A DNA stretch of 64,000 nt from Hydrolagus colliei (taxonomy: Eukaryota). A program made the translations under genes and the position numbers. Location: positions 16,244,001 to 16,308,000 of the forward strand of contig CM068749.1 in assembly GCA_035084275.1 (NCBI GenBank), in the 5' to 3' direction. This document shows, one piece after another, positions 51,737 to 64,000 of this stretch; the stretch's first letter is position 1; the number at the start of each line of letters is the position of its first letter. The notes below the pieces were generated by a model. It was not told the DNA's origin. It did no database searches and saw nothing but the letters and a program-made list of their open reading frames with translations.

Positions 51737-51980
51737 GTATAATAATAATAATCCTTGCATTTGATATGTCTTGGATTGAGTAACCAAACTATTATTGTCA
51801 TTTTTCTTAAGTGATTATTACTCCAGGAACCAATCCGCCAATCATCTGGGATCCTACTTACTGCTGGGTAAACAGAGGTGAGTGGAATAAGGAAACCCAA
51901 CGCTTCATCCTGCCGGGGAATCGAATCTAGATCCTCTTGCTTGCGAGGCAAAGGCTCTGTCCACTAAGCCATTGGATTTC
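51737..51980 (-). mobile_element. SINE family B variant, internally deleted
   Basis: Reverse complement has tggcttagtggacagagc...gattcgattccccggcagg as head, an extra central block, and tail atatcaaatgcaaggattattattatta. Confidence 0.8.
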
Positions 51981-52039
51981 ATGGGAAAAGAGGAGATAAA
52001 TAGGACAAAGGATTACTCCTTTTTAGATATTTATCTAGT

Positions 52040-52166
52040 TCTATTTTCAAAGCTAATATGGATTCTACCTTCTCCACCATCCATGGCAGGGCATACCATG
52101 TGTGAAAAAAAATTCTCTGAACATCCTTAGTTACTTGTTGGCTGACTATTTTAAATTGATGCCTCT
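52040..52166 (-). mobile_element. CR1-like relic immediately flanking an L2 insertion
   Basis: ccaccatccatggcagggcataccatgtgtgaaaaaaaattctc...ttttaaattgatgcctct resembles the reverse complement of the CR1 ORF2 end. Confidence 0.5.
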
Positions 52167-52577
52167 ACAACAACACAACAACAAAATTACATGTGTAGAA
52201 AATTACATTACATATCGGGAGGACATCCCAAGGCATTGAACAGGACCCGAGCATGGAGGGGTAGGGGGGCAGGGTTGGGATGATGACGGGTTAGAGAGGT
52301 AGAAATGCGGCTGAAGGTACAATCGAAAAGAAGGGTCTTGAGATCGGCTTGAAGAAGTCAAGGGCAGGAGCAAGGTGAAGCGATTGTGGGATGGAGTCTC
52401 AAAGCTTGGGGACAGAGAGGCTGAAAGCCCGGCCACCAATGGTAGGATAGGTCAGGTGGAAGACATGGAGCGGCCGTAGCTGGCTGAATGGAGGGAGCAG
52501 ACAGGTTGTCAGGAGATCAGCAGGTCAGAGAGGTTGGTGGGGGGGGGGGGGTGGGTAAGGCCTTAAATGGACTTCAA
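52167..52577 (-). mobile_element. L2-clade LINE 3' end
   Basis: acaacaacacaacaacaaaattacat...tcgggaggacatcccaagg...ggacccgagcatgg...agagaggctgaaagcccggccacc, near-identical to blocks in 24622-24950. Confidence 0.9.
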
Positions 52578-54204
52578 TTCACAGACTCACCAACCAGTAA
52601 CCTCCCCATTATGTAACTGAAATCCTATTGATCAATATCCCAAGTTAAACCTCATTTTCAGAAACAAATCTTTTAACCAAACTATTAGCATTAATTTTTA
52701 TTCTGAAAGGATTGTTCTTCAATATTTTGGTCTGATACAAGCACACCCTAAGAATCTATATCCTCTAATATCCATTATAATCTTTCCCAATTTTTCTTTA
52801 TTATCCCATATTATCTTTTTAATGTCTTTCACGCACATATTTTACATTTGTTTATCACCTGAGAGAGTAGAATATATTAACCCTTACGTGCTTGCCACTT
52901 CGGAAATTCCAGATTCCCTGATGAGTTAATGTATCTGCAAATGTATTAAAAATGCAATACACTTTTCGATCCTTAACTCATATCTGTGATGCTTTTGCTT
53001 CAATATCCATTGCTATGTGTTTAGATCTACTCTTCATGCCATTCTTACTTCTATGCAAAACAATCTTATTTGCACATTAAGGCAGATTACCCAACATGGG
53101 AGAGAGAGATAAATTGTAAGTGAAACATTCTGCAGAAATCTTGTAGAAACTCATTAAATGCAAATGTAAAATTACTAGTTGATTTGACTTCTTTAATGAG
53201 TGTGGAGTCAATTGTCTTTATTGGTAACAAAGGAGTAGTTCATTGCACTAATGGAAGTGCTCACTGGCTGAAATCTTTAACTGATTGAGAAAGACACCCA
53301 ATTTTAAATGAACTGCAGCTTGTGAGAATATTTTCCAACTACTGTACTAAGGAATGTTTTAATGCTAGTATCTCCATGTAACTTACATACAGTTAGTGAA
53401 AAAAAAGGTGTCAACGTGATTTTAAGCCCCTAATGACTGATTTAATTCCTGTTGCTTTGGGAAATAACACTGAGTAGACCTTAGAAAGGAGTAAAAGTGA
53501 ATCATTCATCTCTAAATGGATTGATTCCATTGGCACCTGTGACGAGCAGTGGATATTATTCAAGAAAGTCTCTTGATGTGTGCAACTTGGGACTGGCCTG
53601 GCTGTAAGTATTGCACATAATGTATAAAGTATAATGAAGGATAATATTGCCTCAATGGCATAGAGATTCTTTATATAGATTGTTGGACTTTTTAATGGAA
53701 CTGTTATAAATCCTAGTTTTCTTACAATTCATGTTTAGTTTGAAGATGTACTCCAGGGTTAAAGAGTACGTTTTGCCTTTTGGATTATTGCTGATCGCTA
53801 GTAACTGTTGATCTTCAAAAGGTATGAATTTTGCACATGAGTTTGCAATGACATTGGCTTGGCTTAAAGCCAAACTAGTGCTTGTACACATCTGTTGGGG
53901 AGATCGGTAATCTAGTTGCTTTGTGCTGGTATCCATCGTGAGTTACAAGCCAAAAGGATAATCTGGAGAAGAAAACTAGGGAATAATTTATAATTAACAT
54001 CTTGATGAGACAAGGAAGACCATATGTTACTACCCCATCATGTTGTCAAGAAAAGATAACCAGTAAATGAAAAGAGAACTAACAAAATTATATTTTGTTA
54101 ACAATATCCAGAGTGCAAGTGATATGTTTGTGTTAGATAGATAAAGAATGAAAATAGAATCCTAGAATACTGGAATGATCAGGCCACACTTATTACAGTT
54201 TGCA

Positions 54205-54318
54205 TAATAAATATAATAATCCGTGCATTTGATATGGTGCTTTTCACGTCTTCTAGACATCTCAAGCGCTTCACAGAATACACTGTAAAGTGAATTGGCT
54301 GAATATTTTGTAGGCACA
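54205..54318 (-). mobile_element. SINE family B 3' fragment
   Basis: aataatccgtgcatttgatat..gcttttcacgtcttctagacatctcaagcgcttcacagaata.actgtaaagtgaattg. Confidence 0.88.
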
Positions 54319-54879
54319 TTAGTATCAGTAGATGGATTACTCTAAATAAGCATTTAAGTTGACTCAGAGACAACTAAAAGACTGTATTCCTGTAACAATT
54401 GTGTAACTATTAAATTCTATCTGACTTCCAGTTGTAATGATGGATATTCTGGCATGCTTTATCCTCTTTAATCGGCTTTTAGTTTCATTCCACCTTAAAT
54501 TCGGCTCAGACAATCGGAATTACTATATGATTTCTTTAGCCCACTCCCCCATGTTCTTGAATGCCTGTGACTTTCTGTCCTATCCAAACAGCAAGATTTT
54601 CTTTTGGTCCCCATTTCTTCATGTGGTGAAGGGAAATTCAGTTAAGTCCTGGAGATTTTATTATTTTCTTTGCAAAACAAAATCTCTATCAGTCTGTATT
54701 CTGAAAATGTTATCAAATTATTGCATTCTATAATTTTTGGCAAATAATAACAACATCTGTCAGGGTGTGGCCTTCTACTCCAGAAGTGTTTTTTTTAAAG
54801 AAAGCTTGTATTTCTATTTACATGTCCATTGAGCTGCTGTACATTTCTCACATTTTCTTTTATCATATCACTTGCTCAA

Positions 54880-55105
54880 CATCCACTGGTTTGCTTTTTG
54901 ATCCCCACCGCTGGTGGGCGGGCTTTTAGCCTATCTGCCCCAATCTCTGGAACCCCATCCTGGATTCCCTCTGACATGTTTCCTCCCTTACCTCTCAATA
55001 CTTACCTTTTTGACCATGTCTTCTGTCATCTTTCCCCTCCCTATCCCCTTGGCTGCCAAGCCAGGAATGTTAAGCCCCTTGGGACACCCTCCCAACATGA
55101 AAAGT
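54880..55105 (+). mobile_element. diverged L2 3' end
   Basis: ggtgggcgggcttttagc...ctctggaacccc...ttgggacaccctcccaacatgaaa. Confidence 0.7.
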
Positions 55106-55661
55106 TTGTACTGTACAGTATTGTGAATTTCCAGCATTCATTTATTTTCCCCTTAATTGTAGAATGTCCTTTGCACTGTTAAGATGATGTTGGATTTTAA
55201 TCAAGCCTACACAGACAGTTGAAAGACATTTCTCTTTTTCTGCTGGGAAAATACTATGCCAAATTTATCTTGAAAAGTGTCCCTGGGTTTTAATATTAAT
55301 TACCTGTTAAAGCGTTTGGGGGATGTTTTGCGTTACAAGTCCTATATCAAATGCAAAGAATAAAAAGAATATTTTATTAATTGAGTATTAAGCTACACCT
55401 TTAACTGGATGATTCAAATTCCTGGTAGGTATATTTTGGTGCATCATTACAGTGTTCAACAGTGAAGCTTTAACCATTTATTTCCACCCACACGTCTCAG
55501 TCAGGTCATCAGAGAGAATGGGCTAAAACCCAGTGGGGAGAGAGGAAAACTTGCAATCTACTTTTATTTCTTAGTTTATATTGTTATTATTAAATAATTA
55601 TTTGATAACACTAAATAATAATTTGACAATACCCAATCGTTTAATAATACTAAACAATAAT

Positions 55662-55730
55662 TTCACGTCTAAAAGACGTGAAAGCGCTATATCAAACGCA
55701 AGGATTATTATTATTTTCATTATTATCATA
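55662..55730 (+). mobile_element. SINE family B extreme 3' tail
   Basis: cgtctaaaagacgtgaaagcgctatatcaaacgcaaggattattatt. Confidence 0.75.
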
Positions 55731-56937
55731 ATTGCCTGTTCTTTTAGCTGGGGAATTTTATTTGTTGCAAAGGGACTAAATAGAATGTTTTTTAAATACT
55801 CTGAAATTATCACTATATATTTTAAATGGACTGTTTTCCCATACTTTTTGTGTACAAAATATAGTTTATAATTTGAATATTATAGTCGTCTGTTACTTGG
55901 GGGCAAAGTATCATGTTATTGCAATATTATATACAATGTATTGTTACAAATCGTTAGGAATGCACAGCTCATTAACCTTGCTATCCAGGCTGAATCTGCC
56001 TTATTTGCATTTCTTCACAAACCTGCAGGCTACCATCTTTTTCACTGAGTATTTTTGATGTTCCGTACTGTCTGTGATAACTTGACAACCTGGTATACTG
56101 CTGCTAAATTGTTACTCAAATCTGATAAAGTCACAGCAGCTCAGACTTTCCCAACACAAAAAAAAAATCAGGGGAGGTTGATTGGAAGGGGATATGGAGA
56201 GGAGTGGCCTCAAGAGAATCTAAAACAAGGCTGACCCAATTTATTAAAGTCATCCAAAAAATGTACTGAACTCCCTCTAGGGCATTTAAGACTGAGTTGT
56301 CCAAGGACAAATTGTGTTGCAAGTGTAATTTAGAACTGGGCACTTTTAACACATCTTCTGTCGAGCTGTACCAATTTAAAAAGTTACTGAGAACATTGTG
56401 TGATTTACATTAATGGTTGAGCTCATCAATAAAAAGCTATTCTATGAAGATTTCCATTTTTCTTGCTGCGAAGGTTGGTTGTTTATCAATCCAACCATAT
56501 TGGAGAAATAGATGACAATTTGGAGGCAACAAATGGGAAGAGGACTGGACCATGTACATAGAGCAACTTGGCATTGATTCTAACAAAATAGTTTCTCCTA
56601 ATGACTATACAATGTTCCAGGCATGCCTCTGTTGCATAGGTCCCTGCACTGTTTCAGTGAGAGGCTCACCAGATTGTCCTTAATGTACTAGGAGTTGGAA
56701 TGAGGAATCATTCAATAGTCCAATTTTAGTAACTTCCATAGTGTTTATGGGTTACATTTACAGCAACTGTGCAGTCTTCAATATAGTGATTTTGTGACAA
56801 AGGTAAGATGGGTTGTGTTGTCAGTGTAGAAATCAGTATTGTTTGGGGACTCATTACTGATAATGAAACAAGGGTATGTTGGCGACACTGAATGGTGGAT
56901 TGATTTTATGTATCATCTTAATTTTTTTTCCCCTAGT

Positions 56938-56999
56938 GGGTTCTTCCGATGTGAAAGGCGTTCACATCGTAAATGTAATGTTGTTGCTGTTGTTGTTGT
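56938..56999 (+). mobile_element. L2 extreme 3' tail
   Basis: ccgatgtgaaaggcgtt...aaatgtaatgttgttgctgttgttgtt. Confidence 0.7.
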
Positions 57000-59884
57000 A
57001 GAATTGAAAAATATTTACACCTTGTGTAAAACGTATCCAAACCCAAAAGAAATACAAATTCTTGGGCAGTGCAAGAATGACAATTTTTCACATTAATATA
57101 AGACCTTGACATTACACATCATTAAATCAGGTGATAATTCTATTTTATTTAACATTATACCTAATTGAAGAAATATACTGTAGTTGCTTTTACTGCTAAA
57201 TTTATTTTAATTTTCTATCCAGCTCATCCACGTTTTAGACTATTGATGCTGTTTACAAGATTAAACTGTGCTAAACTCTTAAATGTTACATTTCCATGGG
57301 TTTAATTAACCCTTCCAAAATTGCAAAACTGTTAGTGAAGAGGTGCAGAAGTATGTTGCAAGCTTGTCAAATAAAATGTTGGTATTAAATGTCAACAAAA
57401 TAATACACAAATTAAGAATGTGTTGGATGTTCTGTATTTTTTGTGTGAAATGAAGGAACAATTAATGGCAATTTTGTAATGAGCTTGGTAGTGCAATTGT
57501 ACAAGTAATGAATTAAGAATCAAAGTCAATTAAATCCAGCATTGCGCATCTCCCATGATAATTGACTTTTAGTAAATTTGTATAATGGCCATTTGGTATG
57601 CATTATAATATTCTACATAAGTGGCCAGCTCTCCAATTCTCTTGTGAGTTTGTTTGGTTGTCCTACTGATGGCAGGGAGGCTTAGTGTAATCACTATGAA
57701 GTATGTTTCAATTGCACGAATATATTAAATGTCTCTAGATATTAATGTTTTTGACTGACCCAGTAAATGGCTGCACTGCAGGTGAGGAATGGTATTGCTT
57801 TTCAGTCTGAATCATATAGTATCATATAGTCATCTGACTTTCTGTTAGATATGTCCAGACTATTACTGCCACGGGATAGATCTGCACAAAATGCCTAAGA
57901 GAATTGAAGTTCTAATTTGGACATAACAGGTAGCGGGGGGGACAGGGAATTCCTGGAAAATGTACCTCCCAAAAATGGTATATTTCAAATCATTGCAGTG
58001 AAGGCTGTTTTATTACCAGTACTTGATTTTTGTGAAATCCTGAAATAATTTTGTTAGATAGGGAGATGAGGTCCACAACCTTGCTTAAATGGATCCTTCT
58101 TTGGCAAAATACGTTTAAGGGTTGAGGGGGTGCTATCTGCGCACAATTCACAGTTTTCAGATAAGCTTAAATAATTTGCAATCCCAAATATGCCAGGAAT
58201 ATTTTCTGTCCAGCCTACAATAATAAAACCATCTGATTTTAATCATAGACAATACTGGCAAAAATACAACAGCTTAGTCAGCAACTGAAAGAGATAAAAA
58301 CACAGTGAAAATTTAAGTTAGGATCCCTCGTCAGGTTGTAGAAAAGAATGGAGTAGGAGAACTTTAATTAAGAAAACAGGGCTCATGAAATTAGCTGAAT
58401 CATTAAATTAAATGCCAGTAAATTCATACTCAAAGAGGCGGTTGATGTGCCATTAACATTTTTAACTTCCCCCTTATGTTTTTGATTTACCTGGTCCCAA
58501 TGTCATCCTTTATCTTATCGTGGTGCTGTTTCAGCCAATCCAGTCTTGTTCACACCCTCAAAACATTAACCTAGCTTTCTCTTTAAGACACTAATTAGCT
58601 TGCTTTTTCCGTTTAGTTTCAAATTTCCAGCATTCACTGTCTTGTTTTATTGATACACTCTGAAGTAGGTAGTAGTATATTAACCGTGCACATCAGTGAA
58701 ATATGTATGCCAGCCAGATGTACTTTGAGTCGGATTGACCACAACATGCATGTGAGAAGAAAAAACAGGAATGCCTGGGAAGAACGACATTTAATGATGA
58801 AGGACTGAAGATCATTCAACCTTCAAACATATCTTTATCGCTGAAGATAACTTTTATAGGCACAGGGTTCAAACTGAAGGTGAGCAAAGTGTCTGCATTT
58901 TGTGCAGACATCTCACTGTGACCTGGTTTATAGGTAACCAGGTTCTTGCTGAAGCCCAAACTATGAATTATTTAGACATTCATGGAGCGTTCTGGGTGAT
59001 TGCGAGAGAATGGTGCCTACTCTGCAGTTACAGGTTTCCTAGGTAACTAATCCAAGCTGGAAAAGAATAACTGACCCTAATTAGTCCAAACAGCAGTATC
59101 TTCCTCCACATCTCTATCTCCTTTACCTTTTCTTTTTCTCTCTGCCTCTCTCTGCCTCCCTCTCCCACTCTCCCCTTCACTGCTCCCCATCCTTGCCCCA
59201 TACATTTTCCGTCTCTCGCATACATATTTAGTATGTTTGTCGCTCAAGCACATTCTGTGTTAATGGCTCTTTCTCGCTTTTGTACACAATTACACAATAC
59301 AGGAGTTGGAGCGGAATAGATAATGTAAAATAATAATGAATCATTTCCCTTTTCTTGGTTTTTACAATATTCTGCTGAAAGATATCAACCATCAGCAAGC
59401 AAATCTGAAGGGGTTTATTGAGAGTTTCACTGTTTTCAAAATGATGGAGCCATGATAATGAAGGCTGTAAATTTGAATCTATCTTCAATTCCATACCTCG
59501 ATAATCTTATCTCTCTACCTTTTCCCAAATGGACATTATTGTGTGCTTCAATCCCCACCACCACCCCCACCTGATCCACAGCTCTATCTGCTTTTCATTC
59601 CATTGGCAGTGCCTCACTGTCACAGTGAGAAAGAGCTAGATTCCTTTGTTAATCCACAACATTAACCTTTTCAGAACTATTTACAAACAATTAGACAATT
59701 CTCTGGACTCATCAACAGAAATATTTGATTGTGACAGGAAACATATTGTGGAACATAATAGTTGATGACTCCAGATATTAGACTTTAAATCCTGACAGAT
59801 GTCCGCAATACAAGCACAGCTGTACCATCAACAAGCATTAGACTTAAGGTAAAATTGGCACAAGGAACATAATCAAAATATTGG

Positions 59885-60075
59885 TCCCTTCAAACCCGAG
59901 CCAGTCATCATTGCTCAGTCATCATAAATAGATGGGATTATAGGACTTTGCTGTGTGCAAATCGACCACCTCATTTGCCTACAAAAGACATTTGCTAAAC
60001 TTCACAATAGATAATGTAAAGTCTCTTGAAACCTATTCCTGACCTGAAAAATGCTATAGCAAATGCAAAGTATTT
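59885..60075 (+). mobile_element. old Deu-type SINE 3' fragment
   Basis: ggactttgctgtgtgcaaat...tttgcctaca...tgtaaag...tgaaaaatgctatagcaaatgcaa. Confidence 0.5.
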
Positions 60076-60713
60076 TTTAGATTGCTATTATATATAGAGT
60101 ATCTTTGCAGGTACGAATGAATATAGAGTAAATTAATTATATTTTAGTGTTTGTCTTTTTAAATCTGAAATCGGGATTCCTTTATCTAGAATTTGTGTCA
60201 CTGTGTCCTTGTGAAGTAGCAAAGAAAGTACAGTACCAGTTTTGTCCTAACATAGTACCAAGGTTTTGGCCTTGCATGCTCTGGTTACTTTAACTTCTTT
60301 TTCGATTACAAAGCCAGATCAACAAAAGGTTGCAGATACCGTTATTAACAGAAGTAAAGTTGTCAGGTTTCCATATGTGCTCTGTCCCAAAAAGAATTAT
60401 GCTTACGTACATTTTAAAAATAATAAATTAATTTGTCTCTTGTATTTTTGTCATGTTTTACCATCTTCCGTCCCTCTGTTTCAGACATTCTTCTATGTCT
60501 TTGAGAATCTCTCCCTTATCCTATTGCCTTCACCTCAACAGCCCTCTGTTCAACAAAATTATTGCAAAACACGACAAGAATCTAGGATGATAGATTACAG
60601 ACACACTGAGAATCGTCGTATGTGACTTGAGTCAACAGTAAAATTTTCATGATCTCATGAGCAGTTTGCAGCAAATTTCTGTCCCATAGATGTTTGGGGA
60701 ATTGCGAGGTGAC

Positions 60714-60744
60714 ATATATATATATATATAATATATATATATAT
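60714..60744. repeat. interrupted (TA)n microsatellite
   Basis: Direct reading. Confidence 0.9.
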
Positions 60745-60994
60745 GTAAGGCTTGAAATATTTCATCTGACTAGTTGTGTACAAAGCCTGCGCATCCAGTT
60801 TAAGCTGCTTTACCCAGTACAAACCAATGCAACAGAAAATGCTGTCTACAATTATATAAACACATATGAAGAATAATATTCTCAAAACAAAAGACAAGCA
60901 TGCATCAAAACAGTGGATTATTGAGAATGCCTATATTGATATTCCTCTATATTTAATAGAATGTTTACTTAATTATACAAGTTCAATTAATTCA

Positions 60995-61100
60995 GTGCAG
61001 TATTTGCCAATGAATACACAATCACTACACTTCACAGTAAATCCTGTAAAGCACTTTGAGGCTTTGAGATGTTTGATGACATGATGAGGTAGTATATAAT
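60995..61100 (+). mobile_element. old SINE tail
   Basis: atacacaatcactacacttcacagtaaatcctgtaaagcactttgag. Confidence 0.6.
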
Positions 61101-61397
61101 ATTTAGGGTTTACTATAGGTATTATATTTACTATATTACATATTACACCTGAAACCCCTCCCCCAGGTGTGCTTCTTAAGAAACCATTAATCTATGACGG
61201 TGATCAATGACTCCTGTTCTAGTATTGACATTAAATTAACTGGACTAATAGAACTTCCTTTCATTGTTTGTCATAAAAATATCTGCCTGCAGAATGCATC
61301 AAAGCTTCCTTTTGGATCCCAGCCATTGTCTGCACCATGTTTTTGTTTGAATCTGGCATTTATTATACTGTATACTATTAATAATCATTGTGTTTGA

Positions 61398-61490
61398 AGT
61401 AGCACTTTGAGACTTTATTGAAACGTCTCAAAGTGCTTTGCAGGATCACTGTAAATTATAGTTACTATGTATTTGTAGGCAAGTGTATGA
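61398..61490 (-). mobile_element. old SINE tail, inverted relative to 60995-61100
   Basis: gtctcaaagtgctttgcaggat.actgtaaatt...tgtatttgtaggcaa. Confidence 0.6.
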
Positions 61491-62067
61491 TTCCTGTGAA
61501 CCTACATGTAACCATCACTGAGGGCCAATATAAAAATACTTTGTGTATTAATTATTTACATGCTTCACAAATCAATGTGAATGTTCAGAGGGCATGTCAC
61601 TCTAAGTACATTTTTTAGTTGAATTAGATGCCTTTTTAATGTTGCATTAATAATTGCCTCTAGTTATTTTTAATGCAAATATTTTGGATACTATCTTGGC
61701 TATCAGTGTGCCACCATATGATCATAATTTAATATATGGAATTAAACATGCTTAATATTTGATAAATTAACAGCTTTGAACACAGATTTATACTTATTGA
61801 CCTGTGACACAATTGCAAATTTCAGAGAGGCATAAAGCAGGAACTGAACAACCCACAATCCTACCCACAACCCTGAAGAAAGTCAGTTTGCCTTGTATGG
61901 ATTGTTTCTGTTCAGGGTGTTTGCTAGTTTTCAGACACACTGGCAAAGGCTGGTTACCATAAAGTTGAAGGAAAGAGTGGAGAGAGACTCACAATCTTTT
62001 ACTTATTGGCACAATACAGAAAAAATGCCACCCCATTTAGCATTTCTGCTGATCAAGGTTAAGCTTG

Positions 62068-62092
62068 TATTATTATTATTATTATTATTATT
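62068..62092. repeat. (TTA)n microsatellite
   Basis: Direct reading. Confidence 0.9.
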
Positions 62093-63721
62093 CATGTCCA
62101 TGTATTCTTTTAGTATCAGCATTCTCTCAACTTCATGGTCAACACAGTTTATCATAATTGTATCCAGCCTTTTTACACAGAATTGAATTGCAAATTATCC
62201 TTGCATTTAAAAGTAAATTTACAGGAAACCAAAAATTAATTGGAGCAGATGTGTCAAGCCAACCCCGTGTAGTGACTGAAGATGCTACAAGAATGGAAGC
62301 CTCAATAAAAAGCAGATGGTTCACATCATCTCTCTATATCTCTTTTTCTAACGGTGTACGTGGAAGAATGACCATAACATATTGTTGCAGTGGATTGTGA
62401 GAATAGGTTCTGCTGTGCAGAAAAACCTGGCATGAAAAGTATGAGATTCAACTCTTTTAATCCATGAAGAAATGGTCTCTTAAGATTTCTGATGGCATAT
62501 GGATTTTTGTACAAGCTTGTTCCAGCAGTGTTTCGCACCTGGTGTTGTCCGGTAGAGAAGCCAGATGAAAAGCAGACAGCTGCAGTTTGTTAATGAGCAC
62601 CAAACATTTTATCCTTCGTAGAATTAGAAGTGAAAGTTACACAGATCATTACTTTATGCCTTTGTGTTGCAAATATTTAGCACATCTTCCCTGTGGGTTT
62701 AACAGTTTTGTGATTTTCTCCCCCCACCAAAAAAAATATTTCAATACCACAGAATATAATATAACAGCGGCTCTGGTAATCCAGTGACAAACTTCGGTAT
62801 CAGTAATAACTATAATTTATTTAATCATTCTGATCACTACAGGTAACACCATTGATCCATGTCAATAACTTATGTGTTTCAATCAATAGCTCATAATTAA
62901 CTCTGAAGAAGAGGAAGGTCTTGTGAGAATCCTATTGATTCTAGGCAGCATCGGAGAACTATAACTTTTTTTGGATTCCTCAAAGCGAGAGGCACCAGAG
63001 AACTATTTGTTACAACAACAGTATTTATTTTCCGAACCGCCCCCTGCCACTACGTGCGTCCACCAGGATTGCAAGACTGTGGTCGGCATTGCTATCTGTA
63101 ATTTTGTAACCTTGGTCTAAATCCAGATCTCAGCCAGATATTGAGCTACATTGTTCTCATTAACGGAGGACAGATTGTTTGCTCTCTGAAAGCAAGACTG
63201 CAAGTGCTGATACTATTGTTCTGTGTTACATGGAATGGGCTGCTTTCTCACTGATACAAATCAGTGTCTTATCAGCTCTGACATGCAAGATGATGCCATT
63301 GCATTTGCTGGAGTTCAAATGTTGAAGGTTGCTTCTCTTCAGGCAAGAGTTTGCTATTGTTGGCCACTGGGGACAAAGCTGACAGCAAGCTGAATGTATT
63401 TTTGGAGACAGAATACAAGTTTTATCTTTTAAAATATTTTTGCAAAGACACACATTCTTTAATCTTTCCATAGAATTTTTTTTCCTTCAATTTCTTCCTA
63501 TTTACCCTGCAGGATTAAGGTCAAGTCAAATAGCATTTCCTGCTCATTACTGAAACGTAATGTGATGGCACAAAGTAGGAAACTCATAATTCACATTTTT
63601 ACTGATACTAGCGGAATCTTCACCAACAACAGAGAGAGAAACGTAGTGACTGCTCTCACATATACCATCCGTGTGAACCTCATTTGTTGGATACACTTAA
63701 GGATATTTCATTTAGCTGATG

Positions 63722-63838
63722 GTGATGCCCACATATATACAGTTAATTCACTTTACAGTACTGTATATTCTGTGAAGTGCTTTGAGGCATCTAGAAGACT
63801 TGAAAAGCGCTATATCAAATGCAAGGATTATTATTATT
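63722..63838 (+). mobile_element. SINE family B 3' fragment
   Basis: gcccacatatatacagttaattcactttacagta...ttctgtgaagtgctttgaggcatctagaagacttgaaaagcgctatatcaaatgcaaggattattatt. Confidence 0.88.
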
Positions 63839-64000
63839 CCAAAGAAATCACTAGGAATAATACTGGAGTTTGGTATTGTATGCAGAGCAAAAGTGTAATC
63901 TTTCTTTCGTTTCGAGACATGTAGACACATCTTTTGATTTATCTGATAAATTAGGAAGTAGTCAATGATTCAAGGTATGAACAAGTGATAAGATTACTAA

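Noticed and set aside
55585-55660. Degenerate AT-rich tandem (taaataat.atttga.aa) and other short duplications (25378-25401, 57811-57833, 19167-19194)
   Set aside because: Ordinary slippage-type micro-duplications with no further structure.
63270-63400. Peptide DMQDDAIAFA resembling dynein light chain
   Set aside because: Similarity is limited to a few residues, the flanking translation does not match and there are no supporting splice sites.
445-63838. Recurrent ~35-bp palindromic motif that might suggest CRISPR repeats or terminators
   Set aside because: Copies are dispersed kilobases apart on both strands and embedded in SINE/LINE tails. There is no regular repeat-spacer array and no cas genes, and the DNA is eukaryotic.

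Overview
This is eukaryotic, vertebrate-type non-coding DNA. It is AT-rich, CpG-depleted and has no recognisable intact host gene, rRNA, true tRNA, operon or CRISPR array, so it reads as a gene desert or a very large intron. The repeat complement suggests a cartilaginous fish, possibly a chimaera, but this is an inference from the repeats alone. That complement is L2-clade LINE 3' ends with (GTT)n tails, a tRNA-headed SINE sharing the L2 3' stem-loop, DeuSINE/SacSINE1-like relics and CR1 relics. Nearly all ORFs in the supplied track are spurious or LINE debris. The best-supported discrete objects are: (1) a young 881-bp non-autonomous hAT element at 15254-16134 with an exact 8-bp TSD, carrying a G-rich minisatellite; (2) a 78-bp foldback MITE at 5795-5872; (3) a decayed Harbinger-type Myb/SANT ORF at about 16733-17030 that the ORF track misses; and (4) many SINE and L2 copies, some nested. 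Several repeat-free blocks look like conserved enhancers, and there are a few candidate short exons. I did not find a convincing novel biological system. Repeat boundaries are by eye and approximate unless a TSD or TIR is quoted.
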